A stretch of DNA of 64,000 bases, taken from positions 37,818-101,817 of the forward strand of contig DATMAN010000101.1 of assembly GCA_035560005.1 (NCBI GenBank), given 5' to 3'. Each line of letters starts with the position of its first letter. Positions within the stretch are counted from its first letter, which is position 1. Below the pieces are notes generated by a model. It made no database searches and had not been told where the DNA came from. It saw only the letters and a program-made list of their open reading frames with translations. Positions 1 through 10,148 of the stretch are shown here, piece after piece. A program made the translations under genes and the position numbers. Origin of the DNA: Burkholderiales bacterium. Its GTDB lineage: Bacteria > Pseudomonadota > Gammaproteobacteria > Burkholderiales > Eutrophovitaceae.

Positions 1-293
1 ATGCCCGTTTGAAGCGAACGCAGTTCGGCATCGCCGTCGAGCACGAATTCAATGGCCGGACACCGGCTGGGGGGCAGCTCCTGCAGAAGGCGTGCGATGA
101 CGATGCCGGGCTGAAGCTCGAGCTGGCCGGAGTCCGGATGCAGCTCTCCGGCCAGCAGAGCGAACAGGCTCGACTTGCCGACACCATTTGCGCCAGTCAC
201 GCCGACTTTCTGGCCGCGAAAGAAAGTCACCGACGCATGCGCGAAGAGCAGCCTTGCGCCGCGCCGCAGCGCGACCTCGCGCAGGAAGATCAT
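1..293 (-). CDS. ABC-F family ATP-binding protein, N-terminal fragment (continues beyond window start)
   Basis: Minus-strand ATG at 293..291. Hand translation MIFLREVALRRGARLLFAHASVTFFRGQKVGVTGANGVGKSSLFALLAGELHPDSG carries Walker A GANGVGKS. Absent from the ORF track because the window edge truncates it. Confidence 0.75.
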   Translation of the reverse strand, partial: MIFLREVALRRGARLLFAHASVTFFRGQKVGVTGANGVGKSSLFALLAGELHPDSGQLELQPGIVIARLLQELPPSRCPAIEFVLDGDAELRSLQTG

Positions 294-333
294 CGGGTGG
301 CGAGCGCGCCGCCCACCGGAGCGGGCGGGACGA

Positions 334-409
334 TGGGGTGGCCGATGGGATTCGAACCCACAACAACTGGAATCACAATCCAGGACTCTACCGTTGAGCT
401 ACGGCCACC
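334..409 (-). tRNA. tRNA-His (GTG)
   Basis: Hand-folded cloverleaf on the minus strand. Anticodon stem CTGGA/TCCAG with loop TTGTGAT, extra G-1 paired to discriminator C, T-loop GGTTCGAATCC, encoded CCA. Confidence 0.9.
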
Positions 410-444
410 ACTGAGACGGCCAGTCGGCTCGGCGCCGACGGGTT

Positions 445-521
445 TGGCGTGCCCGACAGGAATCGAACCTGTAACCCCCAGCTTAGAAGGCTGGTGCTCT
501 ATCCGATTGAGCTACGGGCAC
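445..521 (-). tRNA. tRNA-Arg (TCT)
   Basis: Acceptor GTGCCCG/CGGGCAC, anticodon stem CCAGC/GCTGG with loop CTTCTAA, T-loop GGTTCGATTCC, encoded CCA. Confidence 0.9.
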
Positions 522-545
522 GACTCCATTCCGGCCACCCGCTGT

Positions 546-622
546 TGGTCGGGGTGGAGAGATTTGAACTCTCGACATCCTGCTCCCAAAGCAGGCACGC
601 TACCAGGCTGCGCTACACCCCG
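546..622 (-). tRNA. tRNA-Pro (TGG)
   Basis: Acceptor CGGGGTG/CACCCCG, anticodon stem CCTGC/GCAGG with loop TTTGGGA, T-loop AGTTCAAATCT, encoded CCA. Confidence 0.9.
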
Positions 623-791
623 GAGGCGGCGAACTATACCGTTCGGGAGTGCACAGGTCAACGAAACTCCTGCTCCAAAACAACGCTCTATTGCATTCGC
701 GTGGCCCTGATCGGGCCGCGGTTGCACCCCCCCGTCTTTTCTGTTAAGAAGGCGCATTTTTTGGGAACGGTAAGGTCCCGGAAAGGTTCCA

Positions 792-1214
792 ATGGCTTCC
801 GAGTTTCGCACGCAGTTCAAGCCGTACGTGCCCAAGAAGGGCGAGCCGTACATGAGCCCGAAGCAGCTGGAGCACTTCAGAAGAATCCTCACCCAACTCA
901 AGGACGAACTGAGCGAGGACATCGACCGCACCGTGCACACGATGCAGGACGAAGCGACGGTTTTCGCCGACCCGAACGATCGCGCCAGCCAGGAATCGGA
1001 CATGGCGCTCGAGCTGCGCAACCGGGACCGCGAACGGAAGCTGATCAAGAAGATCGACGAGACGATCGCCAAGATCGACGCCGGCGAATACGGTTATTGC
1101 GAGAGCTGTGGCGTCGAGATCGGGTTGAAGCGCCTGGAAGCGCGGCCCACCGCAACGCTGTGTATCGACTGCAAAACCTTGGACGAAATGCGCGAGCGCC
1201 AAGTCGCCAAGTAG
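792..1214 (+). CDS. dksA: RNA polymerase-binding transcription factor DksA
   Basis: 140 aa with a coiled-coil N-terminal part and the C4 zinc finger CESCGVEIGLKRLEARPTATLCIDC typical of DksA. Confidence 0.92.
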   Translation: MASEFRTQFKPYVPKKGEPYMSPKQLEHFRRILTQLKDELSEDIDRTVHTMQDEATVFADPNDRASQESDMALELRNRDRERKLIKKIDETIAKIDAGEYGYCESCGVEIGLKRLEARPTATLCIDCKTLDEMRERQVAK

Positions 1215-1255
1215 CTGCCGCGGCTGGCGTGCGGTCACTGACCGGCCGCGCGGAG

Positions 1256-1290
1256 AAAAAGGCTGCCTTGTGGCAGCCTTTCTTTTTTTC
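1256..1290 (+). terminator. Rho-independent terminator after dksA
   Basis: GGCTGCC-ttgt-GGCAGCC stem-loop followed by a T-run (tttcttttttt). Confidence 0.8.
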
Positions 1291-1438
1291 TGTTTCCACG
1301 CCTGCCGCCGAGCGGTGCCACGGGGCACGCTCGCCGGCTTCAAGCCGATGTCATGGCGGAGCGGAACTTAGAGCGAGCCTACGTGGACCAATAGCCGTAG
1401 GCGGTTCAGCGACCGCCGTGAACAGTGGAACACAAGCC

Positions 1439-1753
1439 ATGAAGTCATCCGAGAGCATCCCGAACCCGCGAGATATCCGTCTGCGGCTCGGTCTCAACCA
1501 ACAGGAATTCTGGGGCAGGATCGGCGTAACCCAGAGCGGCGGGTCCCGTTACGAAAGCGGCCGACGCATGCCGAAACCGGTGCGCGAGCTGCTGCGGCTG
1601 GTGCACGTCGAGCAGATCGACATCCGCAAGCTCACCAAGGGCGATATGGCCCTGATCACCTACCTCAAGAGCGCTCAGCCCGCGCTCTATCGGCGGCTGA
1701 AGGAGGCGGCGACGCGGCGGAGCACGCCGCACCGCCGCCGCACCGGGCGTTAG
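1439..1753 (+). CDS. Small helix-turn-helix (XRE-like) DNA-binding protein
   Basis: In-frame ATG inside track ORF 449..1753, whose upstream part overlaps tRNAs and dksA. The sequence IRLRLGLNQQEFWGRIGVTQSGGSRYESGRR resembles an HTH_3 motif. Confidence 0.65.
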   Translation: MKSSESIPNPRDIRLRLGLNQQEFWGRIGVTQSGGSRYESGRRMPKPVRELLRLVHVEQIDIRKLTKGDMALITYLKSAQPALYRRLKEAATRRSTPHRRRTGR

Positions 1754-1754
1754 C

Positions 1755-2621
1755 CTAGGGCGTGACCTTGACCTCCAGGCCCAGCGCCCGGATGCGCCCA
1801 GCGTAGGCTTCCAGCCATTGCGCGGGAAGGCTGGAGAGTCGCTCGGCCTCCGGCTGTTGCGACTTGCGCGCCAATCCATAGAGCAGCACCCCGCGAATCG
1901 GCACGCGCGCCCTCAGGCGCTCCTCCAGCAGCTCCAGGTAGGCCTGCTGCTCTACTTCCGACGGAGCCGCGCCGTCGAGAGCGAACACACAGGTCTGCAC
2001 CCATGTCGGGCAGGCATGGGCCGCGATCGCCAGATTCTCCCTGACGCGCGCGAGGCCACTGCGCGTGTCGTTGACAAGGCGCATCCCATGCGTGCTGCCA
2101 CTGTCGATCTTGAACCACACTTCTCCCTGCTGGCCGCGCAACTTCTCGACGCCGGACTTGACTTCCCTGCGATGAAGCAGGCTGCCGTTGGTGATGAGGA
2201 CGGTTTTTACCTCCCGTGGCACGTTGAGTTCCGCGCGCGTCTCGCCGATGATTTCGATGACGTCCTCGAATTCCCTCGCGCTGGTGGGCTCGCCATTGCC
2301 CGACAGCGCGATGTCGTTGAGCCGGCGCGAACCTTCCGGGACGCGGCTTTGCAGAAAATCGCCGTGCAGCACCTGCCCTAGGAACAGGCGCAACTCTTCG
2401 CGCAGCCGCGGCAAATCGACCTCGGGCGCCGCTCCGCGCCGCAGCCCGGGCACCTGGCAATAGATGCAGCGCCAGTTGCAGGCATTGTTGACATTGAGGT
2501 TGATCCCCACCGAAAGGCCTCCGGCACGCCGGGAGACCACCGGATACACATAGCGCAAACCGGCCGCGGCACGATCGTGATCGACGACGGTTAGCGTTTG
2601 GCTCCTGGCAGCGGGTACCAT
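1755..2621 (-). CDS. Radical SAM protein of unknown specific function
   Basis: CNWRCIYC (CxxxCxxC) radical-SAM cluster motif and GNGEPT motif. Start set at the second ATG (MVPAARSQTLTVVDHDR); ATG 2678 is an alternative. Confidence 0.8.
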   Translation of the reverse strand: MVPAARSQTLTVVDHDRAAAGLRYVYPVVSRRAGGLSVGINLNVNNACNWRCIYCQVPGLRRGAAPEVDLPRLREELRLFLGQVLHGDFLQSRVPEGSRRLNDIALSGNGEPTSAREFEDVIEIIGETRAELNVPREVKTVLITNGSLLHRREVKSGVEKLRGQQGEVWFKIDSGSTHGMRLVNDTRSGLARVRENLAIAAHACPTWVQTCVFALDGAAPSEVEQQAYLELLEERLRARVPIRGVLLYGLARKSQQPEAERLSSLPAQWLEAYAGRIRALGLEVKVTP

Positions 2622-2730
2622 CGGACGGCGACTTCGGGAAGAACGAATCGACGGACAGCCAACATGAGTCAAAGCCATTCGAAGCCGACTGGCGAAGAAG
2701 TGAAGAAATTCGCTCGCTTCGCGAGCCCTC

Positions 2731-2820
2731 TGGCGGAGGCGGTGAGATTCGAACTCACGGAAGGGTTGCCCCTTCGCAGGTTTTCAAGACCTGTGCATTA
2801 AACCGCTCTGCCACGCCTCC
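2731..2820 (-). tRNA. tRNA-Ser (TGA)
   Basis: 90 nt with a long variable arm. Anticodon stem CAGGT/ACCTG with loop CTTGAAA, T-loop GTTCGAATC, acceptor GGAGGCG/CGCCTCC, encoded CCA. Confidence 0.9.
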
Positions 2821-3084
2821 TTACGATTCTGCGGTCCGGGCTCCGACTCACCTGATGAGACCAGTCCGCGCGACGTTCGCCTGCAATACGCTTGCGATCC
2901 TCGGACTCTACAACCCTGACCCACCTCGGTAATCAGCCGGTTGTGCGCGCCGCATGTAACCAATTGTACGCCTTGTACGCCGAGAAAGCAGTCCTGCCGC
3001 CACTTCAAGCAATTGAAACTTGAGGGCTCGTTAGGTAGTCTTACGCCTGCAACCGCTCTTAACCTTTCCGGAGGCAGACACAAA

Positions 3085-3774
3085 ATGCAACCCGAAGTCC
3101 AGGTGATGACGCAGTCCGCGCAACTGGCGCTTGCGCAGAATCGGGTCCTGCGCAACACCTACATGCTGCTCGGGCTGTCGATGATCCCGACGGTCATCGG
3201 CGCGATCGTCGGATTGAATACCAATTTCGCGTTCCTCGCGCAGTACCCGATCATGGGGCCACTGCTGATGTTCGCGGTCATGATCGGCGCCATGTTCGGA
3301 ATCGCGGCGCTGCGCAACAGCGTCTGGGGCGTGGTCGCGATGCTCGCGTTCACCTTCCTGATGGGCTGGTGGCTCGGGCCGATTCTGCAGTATGCGTTGA
3401 ATCTGTCGAACGGGCCTCAGCTGGTGGGCATGGCGGCGGGCGCGACCGGCCTGATCTTCTTCGCGCTGGCCACTTACGTAACGACGACGCGCAAGGACTT
3501 CAGCTTTCTGGGCAAGTTCCTGTTCGTCGGCCTGATCCTGCTGATCATCGGCGCGATCGCCAATCTGTTCTTCCAGGTGCCTGCGGCCTCGCTGACGATT
3601 TCCGCCGTCGCCGTCATCCTGTTCGCGGGCTACATGCTCTACGACGTGAGCGCGATCGTCCATGGCGGCGAGACGAACTACATCATGGCCACCTTGCGCG
3701 TGTACATCGACATCTACAACATGTTCGTACACCTGCTGAATCTGCTGCTTGCATTCGCCGGCAATCGCGAATAG
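3085..3774 (+). CDS. BAX inhibitor-1/YccA family inner-membrane protein
   Basis: Seven-TM hydrophobic profile and BI-1/YccA-like sequence (NTYMLLGLSM...YLDIYNMF-type C-terminus). GGAGG SD lies 9 nt upstream of ATG 3085. Confidence 0.85.
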   Translation: MQPEVQVMTQSAQLALAQNRVLRNTYMLLGLSMIPTVIGAIVGLNTNFAFLAQYPIMGPLLMFAVMIGAMFGIAALRNSVWGVVAMLAFTFLMGWWLGPILQYALNLSNGPQLVGMAAGATGLIFFALATYVTTTRKDFSFLGKFLFVGLILLIIGAIANLFFQVPAASLTISAVAVILFAGYMLYDVSAIVHGGETNYIMATLRVYIDIYNMFVHLLNLLLAFAGNRE

Positions 3775-5144
3775 CGCCCTGACTCGCTGACGCAAAGGGC
3801 GGCCTGGTGCCGCCCTTTTGTTTCTCCGCTGTCAGCGCCATCCTCCCGTTCGAACAGCGCGATCGACTCCACGTGGGAGGTGTGCGGAAACATGTTGACC
3901 ACCCCCGCGGCCACCAAGCGGTAGCCGTTGACGTGCACCATGACGCCCGCATCGCGGGCGAGCGTTGCCGGATTGCACGAGACATAAACGACGCGTCGCG
4001 GTCCCTGCGACCCCAGGAGCTTCACCAGCGCGATCGCTCCGTCACGCGGAGGATCGATCAACAGCTTGTCGAATCCTCCCAGCGCCTGCCACTCGGATTC
4101 GGCGATTTCGAACAGATCGAGCGCACGAAACGCGCATCGGGCCTGCAAGCCGTTATGCGCCGCGTTGCCGGACGCGCGCTCGACCAGCGCGCGATTGCCT
4201 TCGATGCCCAGAACGTGCGCCCCTCGGCGCGCGATAGCCAGGGAGAAATTTCCCAGTCCGCAGAACAGGTCGCCGATTCTTTCACCCGGACGCGGATCGA
4301 GCAGCGCGACCGCGCGGCGCACGAGAACGCGGTTGATCTCGTGGTTGACCTGGGTGAAGTCCGTCGGGCGGAAGGGAAACTCGAGGTCGAAGTCGGGGAG
4401 ACGGTAGCGCAGCGGCGGTGCCGCATCCGGGTGAAACAGCCGAGCGCTGTCCGGTCCGCCGGGTTGCAGATAGACCGTCACCCGATGGCGGTCGGCAAAG
4501 GCGCGCAGCCGCGCCTCGTCGGCTTCGGAAAGCGGCTGAAGGATGCGGAACACCAGCACATCGGCGTCCTCGCCGATCGCCAGCTCGATCTGAGGCAGTC
4601 GCTCGCGGATCGACAGGCCGCTCACCAGCTCGCGCAACGGCAGCAGCAGCGCCGAGATCCGCGGCGGGACCACGTCGCAGGAGGGCATGTCGGCAACGTA
4701 AGTGTGGCGCCGCTCGCGAAAACCGACGAGGGCGACGGCGCGGTTGCGCACGTAGCGCGAGGAGAATCGCGCGCGGTAGCGGTAACCCCAGAACGGGCCG
4801 TAGATCGGTCCCAGCATCGTCTCCGGCACGACCTTGCCGATGCGCGCCAGGTTGTCTTCCAGCACGCGCTGCTTGACGGCCACCTGCGCGCGCGGCTCCA
4901 GATGCTGCATGCTGCAGCCGCCACACACGCCGAAGCTCGGGCAGCGCGGGGTTACGCGTGTGGGCGCTGCCCGCACGACGCGCTTCGCGACCGCCAGCGC
5001 GTAACTCGGTTTGTGCCGGTACGCCTCGAGCTCGACCACTTCGCCCGGCAGCGCGCCTTCGACGAAAAACACCTTGCCATCGACATGCGCAATGCCGCGG
5101 CCCTCCTGGTCCAGGGCTTCGATGCGGGCAAGAACCGCCGTCAT
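3714..5144 (-). CDS. rlmD: 23S rRNA (uracil1939-C5)-methyltransferase RlmD
   Basis: TRAM domain followed by a 4Fe-4S cysteine cluster (CPSFGVCGGCSMQH) and SAM-MTase motifs (DLFCGLGNFSL, DPPRDG, YVSCNPATLARD). Start ATG 5144 is internal to track ORF 3714..5513. Confidence 0.9.
   Translation of the reverse strand: MTAVLARIEALDQEGRGIAHVDGKVFFVEGALPGEVVELEAYRHKPSYALAVAKRVVRAAPTRVTPRCPSFGVCGGCSMQHLEPRAQVAVKQRVLEDNLARIGKVVPETMLGPIYGPFWGYRYRARFSSRYVRNRAVALVGFRERRHTYVADMPSCDVVPPRISALLLPLRELVSGLSIRERLPQIELAIGEDADVLVFRILQPLSEADEARLRAFADRHRVTVYLQPGGPDSARLFHPDAAPPLRYRLPDFDLEFPFRPTDFTQVNHEINRVLVRRAVALLDPRPGERIGDLFCGLGNFSLAIARRGAHVLGIEGNRALVERASGNAAHNGLQARCAFRALDLFEIAESEWQALGGFDKLLIDPPRDGAIALVKLLGSQGPRRVVYVSCNPATLARDAGVMVHVNGYRLVAAGVVNMFPHTSHVESIALFEREDGADSGETKGRHQAALCVSESGRYSRLPANASSRFSRCTNML
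3795..3825 (+). terminator. Stem-loop terminator after the yccA-like gene
   Basis: AAGGGCGGC-ctggt-GCCGCCCTT followed by TTGTTT. It lies inside the 3' tail of the convergent rlmD ORF. Confidence 0.7.
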
Positions 5145-5953
5145 GGACTGCGCGCTGTCCAGGCGGCCAGAAACTCCTTCCAATGCGCTTCGCGGGAGCG
5201 TTCCAGCGCACTTCTCACCATCTGCAGTTCGCGCGCATGGCGCGGTTCGTCCAGGGCTCCCCGTAGCAGCTGAAAGCGCAGATACACGAGGTAGGTGTTC
5301 ACGACGTCGGTCTCGCAGTAGGCGCGGATCGCCTGGATGCGACCCGCCTGATGCGCCTCCCATACCCGCGAGCCCGCCATGCCCAGCTTCCCCGGAAAGC
5401 CGAGCAGCTGGGCGACTTCGTCCAGCGGCGCTGCCGCGCGACCCTGGTAGAGCGACAGCAGATCCATCAGGTCCAGATGCCGCGTGTGGTATCGGCTGAT
5501 GTAGTTGTTCCACTTGAACTCGCGGTCCTCCTCGCCCATGTCCCAGTAGCGGGCCGCCTGGACGCTGTGCAGGAGAGCCCGGTAGTGCAGCACCGGGAGA
5601 TCGAAACCGCTGCCATTCCAGGACACCAGTTGCGGCGTGTACTTGTCGATGCCCTCGAAGAAGCGCTGGATCAGCACTTTTTCCGGGTCCCCGGGATCGC
5701 CCAGCGACCAGATGCGGAAGGTGTCGCCATCGCGCAACGCGCAGGAGATCGCCACCACGCGATGCAGGTGCAGCGGCAGGAAGTCGCTGCCGGTCTTCTC
5801 GCGTCTTTGCTGGAAGGCAAGCTCGGCGACTTGCGCATCCGGAAGATCGCGCGGCAACGATTGCAGGCGGCGCAAGCTGTCGGTGTCAGGGACGGTCTCG
5901 ATGTCGAACGCAAGAATCGGCGTCATGGCGAAATTGAGGATGTTGTCGGGCAT
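5141..5953 (-). CDS. Predicted 3'-5' exonuclease related to the PolB exonuclease domain
   Basis: N-terminal AFDIETVPD (ExoI DxE) motif and downstream WNGSGFDLPVL, typical of the DNA_pol_B_exo2-type family. Its stop overlaps the rlmD start (ATGA). Confidence 0.75.
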   Translation of the reverse strand: MPDNILNFAMTPILAFDIETVPDTDSLRRLQSLPRDLPDAQVAELAFQQRREKTGSDFLPLHLHRVVAISCALRDGDTFRIWSLGDPGDPEKVLIQRFFEGIDKYTPQLVSWNGSGFDLPVLHYRALLHSVQAARYWDMGEEDREFKWNNYISRYHTRHLDLMDLLSLYQGRAAAPLDEVAQLLGFPGKLGMAGSRVWEAHQAGRIQAIRAYCETDVVNTYLVYLRFQLLRGALDEPRHARELQMVRSALERSREAHWKEFLAAWTARSP

Positions 5954-6028
5954 GATCCGACATATACGCCGAAGCCGCTCACCGGGCTGGGCGGGTCGAC
6001 GGCCGCGCAGGGCGCTACGGCAGGGAAT

Positions 6029-7024
6029 TCAGCGCCGATCGAGCAACCACTCCACGTAGCGCGACACGCCCTGCTCCACCTTCAGAAACGTCGCCTCGTA
6101 ACCGGCGGCGCGCAACTGCGTCAGATCCGCCTCGGTGAAGCTCTGGTATTTCTCCTTCAGGCCTTCCGGGAAGGGAACGTATTCGATGCAGCCGCTTGCC
6201 TTCATCGCGTCGAGCGTAAGCGGCGGCTGGCCGTTCGCTCGCCGCAAGGCGTTGACCGTGGCTGCCGCCACATCGTTGAACGTCTGCGAGGCGCCGGTGC
6301 CGCAATTGAAGATTCCCGAGCGCCCGGAGTGTTCCAGAAACCACAGATTCACCTTCACCACGTCCTCGACCGATACGAAGTCACGGCGCTGCTCGCCGGC
6401 GCCGTAGCCGCCGCTGCCCTCGAACAGGCGCACCTTGCCGGTGGCTCGGTACTCGTTGAAGAAGTGATACGCCACCGACGCCATGCGTCCCTTGTGCGCT
6501 TCCCGCGGGCCGTAGACATTGAAGTAGCGCAGGCCCACCACTTGCGCGCGGTTCTCCGACCAGCGCCGCCGAACCATCTGGTCGAACAGAAACTTCGAGT
6601 AGCCATAGACGTTCAGCGGCCGCTCGAACTGACGCTCCTCGCGAAACTCGGTCGACGCGCCGTAGACCGCCGCGGAGGACGCGTAGATGAAAGGCACCCC
6701 TTCCGCCTGGCAGTACGCCAGCAGGTCCATGGAGTAGCGGAAGTTGTTTTCCATCATGTAGCGGCCGTCGGTCTCCATGGTGTCTGAGCAGGCGCCCTGG
6801 TGGATGACCGCCGAGATCTCCCCGTCGAACGCTCCCGCCTGAAGGGCGTTGCGGAAATCGTCCTTGTGCAGATAGTCGGAAATCTCGCAGTCGACCAGGT
6901 TGCAGAACTTGTCGGCTCGGGTGAGGTTGTCCACCGCGATGATGTTGTCGATTCCGCGGTCGTTCAGCGCCTTGACCAGATTGGCACCGATGAAGCCGGC
7001 CGCGCCCGTGACGACGATGTGCAT
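6029..7024 (-). CDS. hldD: ADP-L-glycero-D-manno-heptose 6-epimerase
   Basis: N-terminal Rossmann motif [11 protein letters not shown], catalytic YGYSK, and full-length similarity to RfaD/HldD. Confidence 0.92.
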   Translation of the reverse strand: MHIVVTGAAGFIGANLVKALNDRGIDNIIAVDNLTRADKFCNLVDCEISDYLHKDDFRNALQAGAFDGEISAVIHQGACSDTMETDGRYMMENNFRYSMDLLAYCQAEGVPFIYASSAAVYGASTEFREERQFERPLNVYGYSKFLFDQMVRRRWSENRAQVVGLRYFNVYGPREAHKGRMASVAYHFFNEYRATGKVRLFEGSGGYGAGEQRRDFVSVEDVVKVNLWFLEHSGRSGIFNCGTGASQTFNDVAAATVNALRRANGQPPLTLDAMKASGCIEYVPFPEGLKEKYQSFTEADLTQLRAAGYEATFLKVEQGVSRYVEWLLDRR

Positions 7025-7038
7025 GTCCCGATCCCGCT

Positions 7039-8082
7039 CTACGCGAACAACTCCTCGGAACGGACCACCGCCGTACCGAGTTTGCCCACGACGATCCCGG
7101 CCGCCCTGTTGGCCCAGCGTACGGCTTCCGGCAGCGGCTGGCCCGCCGCCAGCATGACCGCCAGGATGGCGATCACCGTGTCGCCCGCGCCGCTCACGTC
7201 GTAGACTTCGCGCGCGACGGTCGGCACGTGCAGCCGCTCCCCTGCGCGGTAGAGCGTCATGCCTTCTTCGCTGCGGGTAATGAGCAAGGCGTCAACGTTC
7301 AGACTTTCGCGCAGCGCCTGAGCGCGAGCCGTGAGATCGTCCTCGGATTTCCAGCGTCCCGCCACTTCGCGGAATTCCGCGCGATTGGGCGTGAGCACCG
7401 TGGCGTTGCGGTAGCGTGAATAGTCGTCACCCTTGGGGTCGACCAGCACCGCCTTGCCCCGCGCCCGGGCGCGCTCGATCATCTGTTCGATGTGCTTGAG
7501 CCCGCCCTTGCCGTAATCGGAGAAGACCACGACGTCGCACTCGGGAAGACAGGACTCGAAATCCGCCAGTTTCGCCGCCAGCACTTCGTGGCTCGGTTCG
7601 GTTTCGAAGTCCACGCGCAGCAGCTGCTGCTGCCGGCCGATGATCCTGAGCTTGATCGTGGTGGCGAGCGAGGCGTCCCGGTGCAATTGCGCCGTAATTC
7701 CTTCCGCCCGGAGCAGAGCCGTCAATGCATCGGCGGCCTCGTCCTGGCCGACGACCGACAGCAACAATGCGCACGCCCCGACCGCCGAGATGTTGCGGGC
7801 GACGTTGGCCGCCCCGCCCAGCCGCTCTTCGGTGCGGTTGATCTTGACCACCGGGACTGGTGCCTCGGGCGATATCCGGCTTACCTCTCCGAACCAGTAA
7901 CGGTCCAGCATCACGTCGCCCACGACCATGACCCGGGCGGCGCGCAAGGCCGAAGGATGAATGGCGGAGGACGGAGGACGAACCGTGAGCGCGGAGTCCT
8001 TCTCACCGCCTGCGCTTCGAGTCCGGGGCGCAGGCCCGCCGGAGCGCGCTTCCATCCTCCCGCCTCGATCGCCGCCTTTCAT
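7039..8082 (-). CDS. hldA: D-glycero-beta-D-manno-heptose-7-phosphate kinase (RfaE domain I only)
   Basis: [29 protein letters not shown] matches the HldE kinase domain N-terminus. The true start is uncertain: the first ~45 aa are low-complexity and may not be translated. Confidence 0.85.
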   Translation of the reverse strand: MKGGDRGGRMEARSGGPAPRTRSAGGEKDSALTVRPPSSAIHPSALRAARVMVVGDVMLDRYWFGEVSRISPEAPVPVVKINRTEERLGGAANVARNISAVGACALLLSVVGQDEAADALTALLRAEGITAQLHRDASLATTIKLRIIGRQQQLLRVDFETEPSHEVLAAKLADFESCLPECDVVVFSDYGKGGLKHIEQMIERARARGKAVLVDPKGDDYSRYRNATVLTPNRAEFREVAGRWKSEDDLTARAQALRESLNVDALLITRSEEGMTLYRAGERLHVPTVAREVYDVSGAGDTVIAILAVMLAAGQPLPEAVRWANRAAGIVVGKLGTAVVRSEELFA

Positions 8083-8121
8083 CCTTGCGCCGCCTTCATC
8101 CTTCGCCTTCCTCCCCGTCTT

Positions 8122-9444
8122 TCACGGCCTTCCAACCGAGAAGTACTCGATGCCCGCCTCCCTGGCGAGCAGCGGGTCGTAAAGATTGCGGCCATCGAAC
8201 ACCACCGGCTGGGACAGCCGGCGCTTGATGTCCTCGAAATCGACCCCCCGAAACTCCTTCCACTCGGTGACGATGATCAGCGCATCGGCCCCGTCCAGCG
8301 CCCCGAGCGGCGAATCGGCGAACGACACCGCGGCTTCGCGCTGGAATATCCTCCGCCCTTCCGTCATCGCCACCGGATCGTACGCGCGCACCGTCGCGCC
8401 GCGGGTCAGCAGGCCGTTGACGATCACCCGGCTCGGCGCCTCGCGCATGTCGTTGGTGTTCGGCTTGAACGACAGGCCCCAGAGCGCAAAGCGCCGCCCG
8501 TCGAGGTGCTCGCCGAAACGCATGCGCACCTTGTCGAGCAGCCTCTGCTTCTGCGTGCGGTTGACTTTCTCCACCGCGTCGATAATGGTCAGCTGCATGC
8601 CGTATTCGCCCGCGGTATGCTGCAGCGCCTGGATGTCCTTGGGAAAACAAGATCCGCCATAACCGCAGCCGGCGTACAGGAAGTGATAGCCGATTCTCGG
8701 GTCCGAACCGATCCCCAGGCGAACCGCTTCGATGTTCGCGCCGAGCTTCTCCGCCAGGTTCGCCAGCTCGTTCATGAACGATATCCGCGTCGCCAGCATG
8801 GCGTTGGCCGCATATTTGGTCAGCTCGGCCGAACGCGTATCCATCACCATCAAGCGGTCGTGATTGCGGTTGATCGGCGCGTAGAGTTGGCGCATGAGCC
8901 GGATGGCCTGCTCGTCGCTGGTGCCGATGATGATTCGATCCGGACGCATGAAGTCCTCGACCGCGGCGCCCTCTTTGAGGAACTCCGGATTGGAAACGAC
9001 GCTGAAAGTCAACGCCTTGCCGCGCGCCTTGAGCTCGTCGTCGACCACCGCCCGCACCCGTTCCGCGGTGCCGACTGGCACCGTGGACTTGTCCACGATG
9101 ATCCGGTACTCGGTCATGTGCCGGCCGATGTTGCGCGCCGCGCTGAGCACGTAACGAAGATCCGCCGACCCGTCTTCGTCGGGCGGCGTGCCCACCGCGA
9201 TGAACTGCACCAGCCCATGGGCGACCGCCTCGTCCACCTCCGTGGTGAAGCGCAGCCGGCCGGCGGCCGCATTGTGGCGGATCAACCCCTCCAGTCCCGG
9301 CTCATAGATGGGCACGCCGCCATCCTTGAGCAGCTGAATCTTGGCGGCGTCCACGTCGAGGCACACCACCTCATGGCCGATCTCGGCCAGGCAGGCGCCG
9401 GACACCAGGCCCACATAGCCGGTGCCTACGATGGTCACTTTCAT
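8122..9444 (-). CDS. ugd: UDP-glucose 6-dehydrogenase
   Basis: [24 protein letters not shown]-binding N-terminus and catalytic GGSCFPKD motif. Confidence 0.92.
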   Translation of the reverse strand: MKVTIVGTGYVGLVSGACLAEIGHEVVCLDVDAAKIQLLKDGGVPIYEPGLEGLIRHNAAAGRLRFTTEVDEAVAHGLVQFIAVGTPPDEDGSADLRYVLSAARNIGRHMTEYRIIVDKSTVPVGTAERVRAVVDDELKARGKALTFSVVSNPEFLKEGAAVEDFMRPDRIIIGTSDEQAIRLMRQLYAPINRNHDRLMVMDTRSAELTKYAANAMLATRISFMNELANLAEKLGANIEAVRLGIGSDPRIGYHFLYAGCGYGGSCFPKDIQALQHTAGEYGMQLTIIDAVEKVNRTQKQRLLDKVRMRFGEHLDGRRFALWGLSFKPNTNDMREAPSRVIVNGLLTRGATVRAYDPVAMTEGRRIFQREAAVSFADSPLGALDGADALIIVTEWKEFRGVDFEDIKRRLSQPVVFDGRNLYDPLLAREAGIEYFSVGRP

Positions 9445-10148
9445 CCAAGGCTCTCCGCGCTCTCGATTTCACGCACGATGCGCTCGACCACGGCGCGCGG
9501 ATCGGCCGCGCGCGTCACCGGCCGACCGATCACCAGATAGCTGGCGCCGGCCTCGATGGCGGCGCGCGGTGTCATCACGCGCTTTTGATCGTCCGCCGGA
9601 CCTTCCGCCAAGCGGATCCCGGGAGTCACGCGCAGGAAGGACTCATCGCAAGCCGTTCGCACCAGACGGGCTTCGTGAGCCGAGCACACGACTCCATCCA
9701 GCCCCGCCTGCCTGGCCAGCCGGGCGAGCCGCAGCGCGGCCTCGGCCGGCTCGCCGCTGATGCCCACCTCCGCGAGACCCTCTCGAGCCAGACTGGTCAG
9801 AATCGTCACGGCGACGAGTCTCGGCCGTCGATCCGCGCCGTCCAGCGCGGCGCGCGCCGCCTCCATCATCTCGCGCCCGCCGAGCGCGTGGACGTTGAGC
9901 ATCCACACGCCCAGCCCCGCCGCCGCCCGACAGGCTTGGGCGACGGTGTTGGGGATGTCGTGGAACTTCAGATCCAAAAAAACCGCGAAGCCGCGCCGCG
10001 CCAGCGTGGCCACCAGCGCGGGGCCGGCAGCCGTAAACAGCTCCTTGCCGACCTTGACGCGGCAAAGCTCCGGCGAGAGCCGTTCGCTCAAGGCAAGGGC
10101 GCGGGCCGCGTCGGGGAAATCCAGTGCGACGATGATTCGCGGTTCCAT
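9441..10148 (-). CDS. pyrF: Orotidine 5'-phosphate decarboxylase
   Basis: IIVALDF...KVGKELF...[12 protein letters not shown] motifs. Start ATG 10148 is internal to the artefactually long track ORF 9441..11330. Confidence 0.92.
   Translation of the reverse strand: MEPRIIVALDFPDAARALALSERLSPELCRVKVGKELFTAAGPALVATLARRGFAVFLDLKFHDIPNTVAQACRAAAGLGVWMLNVHALGGREMMEAARAALDGADRRPRLVAVTILTSLAREGLAEVGISGEPAEAALRLARLARQAGLDGVVCSAHEARLVRTACDESFLRVTPGIRLAEGPADDQKRVMTPRAAIEAGASYLVIGRPVTRAADPRAVVERIVREIESAESLG

Noticed and set aside
9-1753. Track ORFs 9..710 and 449..1753 spanning the tRNA cluster and dksA
   Set aside because: They run straight through three well-folding tRNA genes and overlap dksA out of frame. 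Only the last 104 codons of 449..1753, from ATG 1439, look like a real gene (an HTH protein).
2852-2859. CUGAUGAG hammerhead-like core in the yccA upstream region
   Set aside because: This is an isolated octamer. No matching GAAA core or helices I-III could be built around it.
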